64,000 nucleotides of DNA from NCBI GenBank assembly GCA_965655095.1, contig OZ296659.1, positions 70,060,001 to 70,124,000 on the forward strand, read 5' to 3'. A program made the translations under genes and the position numbers. The DNA comes from Haplodiscus bocki (Eukaryota). Below, piece by piece: positions 1 to 12,800 of the stretch; positions within the stretch are counted from its first letter, which is position 1; each line of letters starts with the position of its first letter. The notes under the pieces were generated by a model. That model saw nothing but the letters and a program-made list of their open reading frames with translations, was not told the DNA's origin and ran no database searches.

Positions 1-3000
1 TACATTTTCCGTGGTGAAAAAAATGAGCGATGTTATGATAGAGTACTATCTAATAAAAAGAAATCTTATAAATTCTTAAAAGAAAAATTTCACTTTCATT
101 TGTTTGAGCTAGAACATCTGATCGAGCTAAAACATTTACCCGAACATTTGATCGGGGAGTTGTTCGGCGCCAGAACGATGACCTAAAAATTTGTAGACGA
201 ATTTTTTTTATGCAGCTGGAAAAGTGGAATCTGTATTAAACTTTTATTGGTGGAGTGGAAAAAATAAATGACTTTTTAAACGTTATTCTTCCTGTGTACC
301 ACCATTGATACATAAGTGAAGAAATATTGTTGCAAAATTAAATTTTCATTCCTGTGTACCTCCATTGGCATGGTTTAATTTTTATTGAGTTTTTGTTTGG
401 TATTGGTGCGGCACGCGAGGCTGGTGTCAAATGATTTTTTGTACACTACTTATTTTAACTTCTCTTCAAAGCTAGAATTGATTGTCCTCCTCAGGAAAAT
501 CAAAATGTTTGGTCACTTGTTGCGTTGAAAATCTGTTCCAGTACTTCGTCCATCTTCTGTGTTGGCTTGATTGGTGAAAATGTCTTGCACGTTACAGTTA
601 TGTGCTCTAAATGCAGTTTTTTTAAGTCTCAGCTTGACTTTTGTTAGTTTTCTTCTGTATCAACAAAGGGAAAATTCTACATTACTGTGTAAATTTAGTT
701 TTGATGAGTTCGACAAAGAAGTTGATATTTTTGGGACTTAGTTTGCTGGTTACATGTTGCTGATTTACTATTTGAAAATCTCCGAAAGGCGGAGGGGAAA
801 AACAGTAGTAATCCTTATACCAATCAATTAGTATTAAAAAAAGGTTCAGTTTGAAATCGTATTTGGGATCATTTTGTTAATTTTTCTGCTCATTTATCGA
901 GTAATATTCACCGAGAAACCTAAATAAGGATCTGATTGTTGTATTTTGACCCTTTACAGCTTCCAGTTTGTCATGGAATTCTTTCGTAATTGGTATTCGT
1001 GAAACAGTTTACTAAAACGTTTGTGCTCTTGTTGATCAACACAAAGTGAATTTATAATAGTCCTCGGTAATTTCCCTCCATATATGTACATCGAGGATAT
1101 AGGTTTCTTGGTTTTAATTCCACTGGGTCTTTCACTGATTGATACTCTTTTGAAAAGACAAGATTGTAAGAATAAGGATGACTGCTGTAAGTTTACCAAA
1201 AACACCAAATTTATTCGAGTTACTCAGGAATGCTTTGTTCTTTTTTGCAGATCATTGCAAAAAAAGTTTGGTTACTGGACACGATTTCTTTGCAAACCAT
1301 ACTCCAATTACCTATATAACATTCTTTATGTGACTGCCGGTACCGTATACTACTCACTGAAAAACTTGTTTCGAAAGAAATGTTCGCCAAAGTGAACGAA
1401 TCCACTTTACGAGTCAGTGTATGGATTGTTTTTACACGGTGTTCAAATGTGGACTCAAAGAGAACATGTGTACAACAGAAGGGCAGCTTTTTGGTATGGT
1501 GAAAACCTATTTTTAATCAACAACTGAAAAGATAAAGCGATTGTCAGTTTTTGCTAAAAACAGATAAATGAGGAAACACTTGACACATCAAATAACCTTA
1601 ACCTCAAAAAAACGCCGTTCAAAGGAACAATTGCCCTAGAATTGCTGAAACGAATTGCAAATAGCAAAAATAAATTTAGGCAACAAACTGATCCTTTGGG
1701 AATAAAGTATCGTCTTCTTGCTAGTTTGCTATTTTTGAAGTTTGCCTAAATCATTCAAAAGTGAAAGTTCAGCATACCTGAGTTTTTGCAACCTTGAAGA
1801 CACCTGAACAGTAGAATGTTTATTAGAATTTGGGAGACAATTCTGGGCTAATATTGGTGAAAAAATTTTGAGGATTTTTCAAGCAGATTTGCTTTGTTCA
1901 GTGGAACTCAATTGCTAGCTTTTGTTATTAAAAAACTACCAGTATTGTTCAAGATAAACTCTAAGACGAGACATTGCAAGGAAGCTTTTTTACCATCTTA
2001 GCCACTGCTTGGCATTGAAAGACTGCTGAAATATCACTGTAAGATACCAAACTTTTCTTCTGTTTTGTTCCATGAGAAGGAACTTGGGACATTACAGAGA
2101 AAAAAATTGATGACTTGTTAAAGAGGCAACATGACCAAAAAAGTACGCACATTGGTCTATCTCCGTCAACTACATGGAATTTGTGCCTACATTTGAAGAA
2201 TTGTAACTAACTGTGAATTAAATATTTCAACTCAGAGACATTTTATTTCACGGTTTACCTTTAGGCAACAATTAACTGGTGATTCGATTGATTGTTTCAA
2301 ACCAGTTTTCATTCCAGTAGTGGTAACGGTTAGCATCAAAACAGGTATGCATTTCATTAGAAGTGGATTGTCGCAGTACCCAAAACTAGCTAAAAAAATT
2401 CCCTCGTGATACTTAAACGACACCCATAGCCAAAGATTGTACATTGCCAAACACTCTTGCATGTCTTAGTGCTTCAGTAGTACCTTAGTACTGTGCGAAT
2501 CGTAAGCACTCAAACTTTACCAAAACCCTATAATATTACATTGCCAACATGTACTAACTTTGCAAATATGTATATCGAACATCGGGTTTTGCATGGCTTA
2601 TCCTAATACATTGATCTCCAGGGACGCTCCGCTTTTGTTTTGCCCTTTGCCTAACACTCTCAGCTTTTGGCGAACAAACTGGGTTTCTGCGACTTTATTA
2701 CTTTGCCGAAGTATGACCTATCTTGATACTTGGTAGGTCTTCACCCCTCCCCCGTTGATCTGTTCAGTTTTGTCCCCTCACAGTCGCGAAAATTCTACTG
2801 TCGTTTTTTTTCAATTCTTCATCTCTCATCACCATTGAGCCGTATTTCGAAAATTGTAGTTATTCGAGTTTTTCGGATTGGCATTCTTCTTCATCTGATA
2901 ACCGCTCCCAATTTTCGTCCGACGTAAAGTTAAAGTCAATTCGAATCTTGCGAAATTATATCTTGGCGTGGGTGTCCATGAACCGATCTTTGAAACTGGT

Positions 3001-3870
3001 GACAATTTCTACACCGTCGGATGTTTGCTCATGTAGTTCTCTTCCAATAACTGGAAGTTTTCTGGTCGAATTCCCAAAATACGAGTCGTTCTTTTCCTTT
3101 TTGTCTTGAGCCTTTTTTAGGTTATCCAATGTGTTAACGAGCGGATTGTTTTTTGCTGTAAGTGAAACGTCCTGCATTTTTTTGGTTTCGGTGAAGTTTC
3201 AAAACAACCCTCTCGAGTCCATGTTGCATTCTTGGTAACTACATTTAAGTTCGACAAGGTAATTAAAATTATTTAAATTGCATTGTTCCAACATCAGTCA
3301 AAACATAATGTCAGCTTCAAAATGAAACGAATTGTATCTTTAGTGGCAGCATCACGAACCACAGTTTACATCCGGTGGTGGCTAAAGGCCTAGGTATTAC
3401 TCAGCAAAATACCGGTTAATAACTTAACGGTTAAAGATACATGAAGTGTACAACTTAAATTGCTGTTTTTGTCTTGTAGCTATCTGGTACAAGATGCATT
3501 CAGGTTCCCGAGAGCCCAAATTCTTGACTGACCGTTCAAAATTTCAAACAGTTGAATTTTCCAATCTGTACAACCTGTCAACCGATTATATGGTCCATGC
3601 TCTACTGCTGTGACCTCACTCCTCAGGCCAAATTTGAGAAGGGTTCATTTTATAAAATTTATTTGAATATGAACTGTGTTAGACAAATTCTGGTCACATT
3701 TAGATTCGAGATGCAAATCAAAAATACTTCAACAATTGATTTTCCGTATTCAATCAATGCCACTTTTCAAAGAAGACTTCCGGCTACCAATTTTTGATCA
3801 CGCTCTGCCTTTATTCCTTCATAGGTTGCTCACAGCCAGTTAACCCCTGCCGACTGATCCACAAACATGT

Positions 3871-6249
3871 CTACTCGATGTAATCTGCTGGCGCTTCAAT
3901 TGATTTCCACGGGGAACAAACTCGCTTCACTAATTTAAATTCTATTTTGGTTGCACCCATGTTTACACTGCATTTTCTGAAACAAAATGAGCAAGTCCAA
4001 ATTAAATTTTTATTGGGAAAAAATAGCACACAAGAAATGCTTTTTTAACTAGCCAAAGAAGATAATTATCTTGACTTTTGTTTTAATGAAATCATTCGAA
4101 GATCAAAATGTTGATGTCTTTTCTGGTCTAAATATCTCTCAAGTGAAAAGTAATTCAGAGATGAGAAGTATTACTTACGATGTATCAATTGATGAAAAAA
4201 GGTTGAATTCCTTAGAAAAGCAGAGCTTCTCGGGACCGTAGACAATGTTTACGTTCAACTTGCGGCAGTTGGCGTTGAACGTACAAATTGAAGGGTCGGC
4301 AGTTTTGGCATAAATGTTGAGTGTCAGTAGTTTTGGGTTGTCGAAATGGTCGTATCTGCATTTGGCACGTTTTACACCCTTGGCCCACTTGTGCTTGCCG
4401 TAAGTACAGCCAGGCTGGTTGCGCATCTTCTCAAAATCAGTGTGCTTCTTTTGACAACAACCCCAATACTGAAGTCCTGCAACCAAATTCAAGAGTTTTC
4501 ATCTCAAATCAGTTTTTAGCCTTTAATATATTTAATAATTTGAAGTTTTAAAACATTCTTCTAAAATACATCGGAATTCTTTCTTTCAAGCTTCGGTACC
4601 TTTAGATACAGTTTAAAAACTATAGCAGCCAAAAATCGGCGCCGCCCTCTGTCGAATTTTGTGAATTTGGTCCAATTCAGAAGTATTGAGAACAAAACAC
4701 AACAATATAATAGATGGGCGATTTCCTTCAAAATCACTGGATCCAAAATTTAGGAGCAAAAACATCCATGAAAGCATTTGAAGAAATCCATGTCACTTTT
4801 AAAGCGCAGAAACTTTCACTGCGGACAGGATTACTTCCCTTCATCTGTAAATAAACTGCAGCGGGTCCGGAGCACAGAACATAACTCGAATATTGTGCAT
4901 TTTTGATTTGCTCATGGAATCTCAACTTCAATAACACTATGACTAGCTCACCTTCGTGAAAAACTGGAGGCATAGGGTGATGCAAACAATCTTCTATCAT
5001 TTCAAGTTCCTCTGAAACCTCAGCAACTGATTTTTTCAAAAGACATCCGAAGTTTTCACACTCCATTGTTTCAGCTGTTTGATCTGCCTCATTTGAATCA
5101 TTATTAGTAGCCAAAATTACGTTTGATTGCTTTGCAAGAGCTGATTTCAGAGATCCCAACACGTTGACAGGGAGTTTCACCATGGGTTCATTCGGATCCA
5201 CGTTATCATCAACATTATTGTTAACTGGTATTCTGGTGGGCTGTGGCATCGAAGATTTAATTAGTTCAGCTGCTAAAAAACAAAATGATTTTGGAACAGC
5301 GGTGTTTGACTATTTTGTAAAAACCAAGACTTCAGATTTATACGCGTCTTTTTAATTATCCCATTCCTGTCAACGTCCATTCTATGCAAAAGCCCTAACT
5401 TGAACGGCATTATACCAAATGCGAAAAGGAAAAGTTAAATTTTTTGCATTATTTGCACCCACCGGAAAAAGTCGAACCCATTTAGGACAAGCGAACATTA
5501 CTAACAACGACTCATGCCACTGATTTTGTAGCAACTTGGGAGTGAAAATCACTAAACTGCTTTGTCTTGGCACTCATAAATTCTTTCTAACCGATAACAC
5601 GAGAAACAAATAGACAGTCATTTCCGAAACCTACCTCCTAAAGTTGTATGATTACCAGGCTCAGACAACAATTGATCGTTGAAACTATCATAAAAAAACG
5701 TAGCCACCCAAGGCGGATAGGACTTCAGGAAATTTTTGATTTACGCGCTCTCACCACTGCTATAATGGTCCGTATGGTCCCTCCTGTACTCCCACTAAGC
5801 TTTGCTGCGTTTTCAAAAAAAATTGAAGTGTCGTACTAAAGTCCTTACTTATTTTGGAAGATGTCGCAAAATGTCGAAAATGCGTCAGAAAACAAAAACC
5901 GAGAAACATTCCGTCCTAAAACCAAATTACAGCTCGCTAATGAGCCCTCACCTTTTTGTGCTTCCATTTCACGCTGCTCATGCTCCTGTTCTTCTTTGGT
6001 TGGTGCCTGGACAACCGGTGCTGGTTTTTCAGGATTGTGAGGTCCCTGAATACATCCGGGGTAGGCTAAGAGAGTGGAAAAGTCACAAGAACTCTTTTTG
6101 CAGCACGGCCACCTTTTGATTCCGTCATGGAAGAAAGGCATTTTGGGGTGATAAGTACAAGCTTTTTCGTGGTTCTTACTCTCCACAAACTTCTTTTCCG
6201 GACATCCTGGGTTGTAACATGTGAGCAAAATTTCATCTTCCTGGCCCAT
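3871..6249 (-). CDS. CHORDC1: CHORD-domain Hsp90 co-chaperone (CHORDC1/morgana), 4 exons: complement(join(3871..3976,4179..4476,4952..5272,5952..6249)), about 340 aa
   Basis: CHORD1 (CYNPGC...CTYHP..PFFHDGIKRWPCC...GC..GPH), CHORD2 (CENFGC...CLHHPMPPVFHEG|LQYWGCC...GCTYGKH) and a CS domain (CRYDHF...LNIYAK...S|KCSVNMGATKIEFKLVK...W). All introns are GT-AG with consistent phases (1,1,2); 1023 nt in total. AATAAA at about 3810-3815 (minus). Confidence 0.93.
5690..5910. repeat. Dispersed repeat copy in CHORDC1 intron 1 (same family as 7700-8620)
   Basis: Motifs TTGATTTACGCGCTCTCA...CCTCCTG.ACTCCCAC..AGCTTT...TATTTTGGA.GA.GTCGCAAAA...AAACCGAG recur at about 7875, 8195-8370 and 8415-8620. Confidence 0.7.
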
Positions 6250-6855
6250 ATCGACTTCCCACGGAGTAGCAAGCAGCAGGAAAACCAGAACAAATCTGAA
6301 AGTAATGCCCAAGCTTGGTTAGGATGAAAAATTCGATTTCCATATTTCAAATATTCAGAAATAATTGACTCAGACGTTCAACTGTGATTATCAACATCCT
6401 TTATTGGGCTAATATCCGTCAACACAATATTTTCAAAAAGGACTGAGTTGATATTCCAACTTAAAACCAAAACTTTCCGTATCAATCCAATGACAATATC
6501 GGTTATTTTTTCAGGCTATAAAATGTCCAGTAAATGGACTATTTCAACTGGAAACATTTGAAACAACAACTGGCCCAGATTTTTTAACCTACCTCATGCT
6601 CCATTACTTTTCAATTTTTTTTTCGTATAAGGTTTTAATTTGTATCTTTGCAACGTCATCTTTGACACTTTCAACATTTAAACAGTCATTGATATGCATA
6701 AACACAAAGTGAGTCTGTACATTAATTAAATATATTCTACATAATTTTTCCCAGGATATTCCACAATTTGACATTTAGAAAGCAAACAAAAACGTGACCC
6801 ACTCAAGTCATCGCCAATTCAAAACATCGGGGCAAATAATACTGTTGGGTAAAAA

Positions 6856-9800
6856 TTATGACTTGAAGCATGTTTTCACAGCCCCGGAAGCAATTCCCCA
6901 CCAAAATGAACTGAAATAGGTCAGACCAGTAGCTCCTCCGGGAATATAGGACACGACATAATAAAGTAACGCACACACTTGGGCAGATCCGGCTACTGCA
7001 GTTAGAATTGTGCTTTCGAGACCCATTGCGAAATAGAGCGTCGCGACTAGGGTTGCAAAATATATTGCGGTGAAGAGGATTCGTTCTGGGGCGAAGAGGG
7101 TCTTGATGTGGTTCCAAGGGCCAAATAGAAATGAGAAGCTGAGCATGGTTAAGGCACTTCCGAAGGTAAAGAGAAGCACGAATTTACGCATTTTGAATAC
7201 CAGCATTGGCAGATACATGAATGCGCAAATGAAACACATGACACCGAGAAGTAATAGAATGACGAAACCTGCAAACCAACAAACACTTCACCTTCAATGT
7301 TACTCGTATTTCAATGGAATTTGGTTACCTTTGTTTAACAATCTGTTTTGATATTTTTAGGCACGATGATGATATTTTGAACATTGAAACATGTTGAGTT
7401 TCAGTTTTCAATTCAACACCTCGCCATTGTCTCTATCAAAACCAAATCTATCTAGAAATTGCAATTGCAATTCCAGAATTATGATAAAAACTCAATCTTT
7501 TTCACGACACGAACCTTCCTTTCAGCGCACACGATGTCGAAATTCAACTGTCTATTCCCAGATCAGACCATTACATGTTGCCAAATGCACATATTACAAA
7601 GAAAATGGTTTTGATGCGCGTCCTACGACTTCACTACTGTGAAGGTTACGAATTGAACTGCTTCTAACCTCGCCAGTCTAACTAGAACACCAAACTTCAA
7701 TTTAAAAACAACCACCCAGGGCAAATAGAACTTCAGAAAAGTTTTGGAATAACCAGAGAGTCTCTCCTGAACACTTAGTTCGTTTTCCCGCAATTTGGGA
7801 TAAACAAAATCAAAAGTTCCAGGGGTTTACACTTTTATAAGTATAATAACTAGAGAACAAAAAAATTCAAAATTTTGTTGATTTACGCGCTCTCAGCACT
7901 ACAGCTGTTTAAAAGCAATCTAATTAATCAGGATTCGAATTGAGCATCGGATGCCCGCAATCCAGCCGGTAGTCTTTGCGATGAACAAATTGCACAAAAA
8001 CAAAACAAGACGGAAGTAAAACATGGCCGCCCAAGGCTGATAGAACTTTTGGGATTTTTTTGGGATAACCATAGGGCCCCCTTGAACCTGATTCCGTTTT
8101 CTGAGAATTGGGATAAATGAAAGATGAATGAAAATTTCCCGAGGTTTACACTTTTATTAGTATATTGACAAGGAAACAAAAAAAATATTCGAAATATTTT
8201 GATTTGCACTATCTCACCGCTATTATGATGGTACCTCCTGAACTCCCACGCAGCTTTACCGCGCTTTGAAAGAAACTATTTTTTTAAAAGTCTCTCGAAA
8301 TTCTTTATTTTGGACGAGGTCGCAAAATTTCGTACAAAAAAGTCGGAAAAAAAACAAACCGAGTAACACTAAGTAATCGAAAAACAAAATTTTCGGAAGA
8401 ACTAAAAACTTGAATTTTTTCCCGACTCGCAGGCTCTAGCCGCTACTATGCTGGTCCGCAGGGTTCCTCTTTGTACCACCCCACCCACCCACCCCCACCC
8501 CGCTTTCCGGCGTTTTATGATTTTAAAAAAGTGTCAAATGTTGGACGAAACGCTTCATTTTGGATGGAGTGTCAAAAGGTACCAAAGGGGGTCAAAAAAA
8601 AGAAAAACCGAGTAGAACTATAACTACCTCATACAAATTGATATTTCCAAAGTACTAACATTTACACCTTCTCATCGCCACTTGTAACGCTACAATAAAT
8701 CAGACAATTGTTCAGTTATACAGAAAAATCATAAAGATTTTCACATTTCTTTTTGCTATTTCGCATTTTTGTCACAGTCTAGAGTAGTGCTATGATTGAT
8801 GATAACCAGTCTCATTGTACCTAGTCCAGTCTACACACATAGGAGAAACATACTTTAAATTTGTGAATGTCTTCTCACGACTGGCATTTGAATGAGCACT
8901 CGATGGTTGCAACCCAACCAGTCTCCGAGAAAAACACTCCGAGAAAAACACTCAAGAAGGACGGAAGTAAAAAATCGAATTTCAATTCACAACTGAAGAC
9001 ATTTAGCGTGTGAAGTTTGAAACGGGACATCTGTTTCTTCGCATACAGTTCTGTGGTACTGAAAGTCTATAAAGATGAATGTTCCTCCATTCCAGTAGTG
9101 ACCAAGTGCATGTGGAGCGCATTAAATGAAAAACCCTCAAAATATAGTATTTGCCCTCTAAAAGCTTCAAAAATTTCAATATTCTTAGTAGCTTTCAACT
9201 TGGCAACAAAATCCGATGATCAATATTCTGGAGTATGATAGATAATCGACCAGTTATGTGTACCCAAAATTTCACAATGGGAGTCGCGAAAAGAAAATTT
9301 GCTTCTAAATCAAAAACGCAGAAGCCTGTGATGGGCAACTACTTTAAACGCAAAAAATCTGCTATTTAGACATTCCAGCAAAAATTAAAACTGTACATGG
9401 AAGTTCACATGCAAGAAGTTGAAAGAGAAGTTCAGCGAGGCGTACTGCTTTACTCGATAGACACCGTGCAATTTGGTAAATGTCCACGTTCGAAAAAAAG
9501 CATCGTATCCACGTCCATGCCAATTGCTATCGTGAATGTAAAACAGAGGTGAAGCGGACTTCTGCAAAGCTGGCAACCCAAAAGGATTCAATAATTTGAC
9601 AACTTCAAATTGTTACAGCAGATTGCACTAAAGCCAAAAAAGGCTTCCCAAAAATAACAAAAACTTGTCAATAAATTTTAGTGAACCAAAATTTCGACGC
9701 AGAAACTTAAAAAATAGGGACTAAGAAGCTCAGTGTTAGGCTTGCCACAAGAATTTCTCACAGAAGCAAGAAAAACGTGCTCCTCGGTATCTCAAGTATT

Positions 9801-12800
9801 TGAAATCAAGATAACACCGTTTTCGAGTTCTTTCTCGAAAGAACTTCTACCGTAACAAGAAACCAGTTAGCAAGACACTGCAGCCACTTTAATATTCATT
9901 TTGAAAAATTGTCCTTATCATCCAGGATATAGCACTAAAGTTTTTGAAACAAATCTATAGCTCGAGCTACAGTCTTTCGTACAAAAACCTCATCAAAAAA
10001 TTTTTGACCGAAACCAGTAGTTAGTATGCGGCAAACTTAAGTCCTCTACTTACTCTACTGCAAAGATGACCCTTTTGAATTGAACTGGGATTCCTGGATA
10101 GGGTATGAACGTTAAAAAAACATCTCGAAAATAGGAAAAAATGCTCTATTAAAGTGTTTTTGCCTAAAAAAATCAATCTAAAAATTTTCTGACCTCAACC
10201 AAAAAACAATATGCGATACATGGTAGTACCTAGTTATGCCTTTTCATATTTAAACAATTTGAAGACCCAGTTGCCAGGATGAAAGAAGTCCTCGAAATAC
10301 CAAAGAAATATCTCCACTATCACTTAAGTTAGTTCTAAGTTTTTTCGCAAAACAAAACGAAAGTTTTTAGCAAAGGAACCAAAATTTAAAAGGTGCTGAA
10401 ATAGAGTCTCCATCTGGGCTGTGAAAAATCTAGATGAATTAGAGTCCTACATAAGATGAATACGACTTCTAATAAGGAAAATATGGTCAATGTAGCCAAA
10501 ATTAGCTCGAAATTCAATTTTTGTAGACAAAAAAAGCGATCGAAAAGGTCAGTTTCACCCAGAAAATAAGTGATTTAGTGGTATCTTGGGCGAACACACC
10601 CGACACTGAGAATTTTGAAAATTGAATTTTGATAGAATTTTGCAATTTGAACGGAACATTTCTACGACAAAAAAATTAGCCAGAAAATTTCGAAAGCACA
10701 AAGAACCACATGTTATTAATTAATGCGAGTAATATGCAGGGTTGGGTCATACCCATTAATTGTGTACAAATACTGCAATTATGTTGTGTAAATAATTGAG
10801 GGGAGGCAAAATAAATACTGCAATTATTGAGGGCACATTTTCTGATAATGTGGGCAAAATTTTCAATAATTGTAGGCTAAAGGAAAAATGGCAAAGTGAG
10901 AAAAATTTAGGGGAAATTGCACATTGAGAAGTTAATTTGGATTATGCACGAGCGGAATGTCGCGATATAGCACGGCAACCTATAAGGGCCGCGAAAGCTC
11001 AGTGAAATAATTGAAATTCGGCGTTGATGAAGAGCTTGTAACGTCTCGTACAGTGCAGCAAATTAACAGTCGAATTATTTCACGCATAGATTTCGTGTCC
11101 AATCAAATTGCAGGTTGAACTGGCCTGGTTTTCTCACTTTTACAAGTTGCAGAGTCGTGTTAAAATTCTTTTATGGAAAATGTCTAACAAAGACGCCCTT
11201 ATGAAATATTTTCGGCCTGGAAACGATCCAAATCAGCACGTTTGCTTGAAATGCAAGGACGAAAAGACTCAAGATCTGAGACATGGTTACACTATATTGA
11301 AAATTGGAAAAGCCTGTGTCAAAAACAGAAGAACTGATCGTGGCAATGCGACGTAATTGCAAAACTTCCGGGCTGATCTTTCACTCTGACCATTGACAAA
11401 AACAATGCCTTCAACTGGTAAACCGTGTACTAAGTCGACTGTAGTACCCATCTTGATGAAAAAATATTTATGAAACGCATAGATTATTTTCGGAGAAGTT
11501 TAAAAACAAACACAGACAACATCAGCAGTAAAATTTCGCAAAATTCCAATGACAAAACTATTAGCATAGTTTATAAAAAAAGGTAAGTTGTGCATTTTTC
11601 TCTCGCATTAATGTTGATCCGACATTCATTTGCTCTCCTTCTTGCAGAAAAGAGTGGGAAATAGGTTATCTCTAGAAGCTCCTAGCGACCAGCTAAGTCT
11701 TCTTGCTATCTGTTTGGTCAACCGTGGGTCTTCGATTCCGTCGAGTTGAGTTCGATTAGTGACCATCTTTGGGAGCCCAAGGGGTGGAACAATATTCTTC
11801 TTGATCAAATCTTTTAGTCAGCTGTTGAACATGACGTTTAATGTACTGAGAGGTATAGTTTAGTAGAGTGGTGACAGAATTGTTACTTTTTTCGAGACAA
11901 ATGAATTCTCCCGGTGTCAGCTGTATCACGGCTTGTTTGAAAATATTATTACCAGCAAATTTCATTACCTCCTTAACGATGCAAAAACTTGTATGCACCT
12001 TATTGGTTGGTCCCACCACCATTGGCTGACTTGTTGCCGATAGGTGTAGAGAAAGTTCGGGGACAGGGGTAGCTGTAAGTTTTGAAGTTTCATTTGGTCT
12101 GTTGATATTTTGCAGTATCTGGCTTATGAACCAACTGCAGTAAAAACAATGCATTTTTCCTCGAGCAGTGGTCGAAGTAGCGCTCAGAGTGATTGTGGTA
12201 ACAGCAAATAGTGCTGACAAAATGCGAGAATTCCACTACTTTAAGATAACCAACTATCTCTAAATTGATAACTTGGAAAAAATATCTTTCCATCAAGTCA
12301 CATATTGTCTTTTCACATAGGAGACAGCATTGGGGAGACTTCCAAGCTTGTGAAAAATATAAAGAGGAACGAGTAATTCTGAAATCCTGAATTCCAGTCC
12401 AAACTATGCAAACGTCTTATAACCCAAACATAGGTTTTTTAACGTCCAGGTGAATAAGTTGTTCATCGAAAGGAGGTCAAAAATAGAACTGTGTCCCGGA
12501 AATTTGTTCAGAAAAACGATATTTCTTTGATGATGAAGAAACAACTCTGTGTGTAAACTCTTTAACATAGGATTGCAACAACTCCGGGACTCCTTGAAAC
12601 AACGTCGATGCAAAAGTTTGAACTTCAGAGCGAAGAAGAATGGGTTGAAGTTTTGAGGGTGACCACTGAGTTTTTGCTCACAATTATCTAGAAAATGTTG
12701 TTTTTAGCTGACAACCGAGCCGGTAGACTTTGCTTTTGCAGAAGAACCAACTATTCTGACTTTCGATTTTTCGAGGAACTTGTTCTCAGTGAACATCAAA

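Noticed and set aside
289-368. Short duplications (TTCCTGTGTACC.CCATTG twice; also TCAAGTCGTCCGC twice at about 14495-14534)
   Set aside because: Only two copies each, with no associated structure; likely local slippage.
1-2500. AT-rich stretch with broken ORFs, possibly a viral or Polinton-like relic
   Set aside because: No diagnostic motif (polB, ATPase, capsid, integrase) could be recognised.
6250-6312. Hydrophobic N-terminal extension suggesting a secreted CHORD protein
   Set aside because: It starts at TTG and crosses an acceptor-like TTTCAG; the family start matches the ATG at 6249.
11600-12700. Decayed frame with a faint likeness to an ionotropic receptor pore region (FYCSWFISQI)
   Set aside because: Too weak and frame-broken to call without an HMM search.
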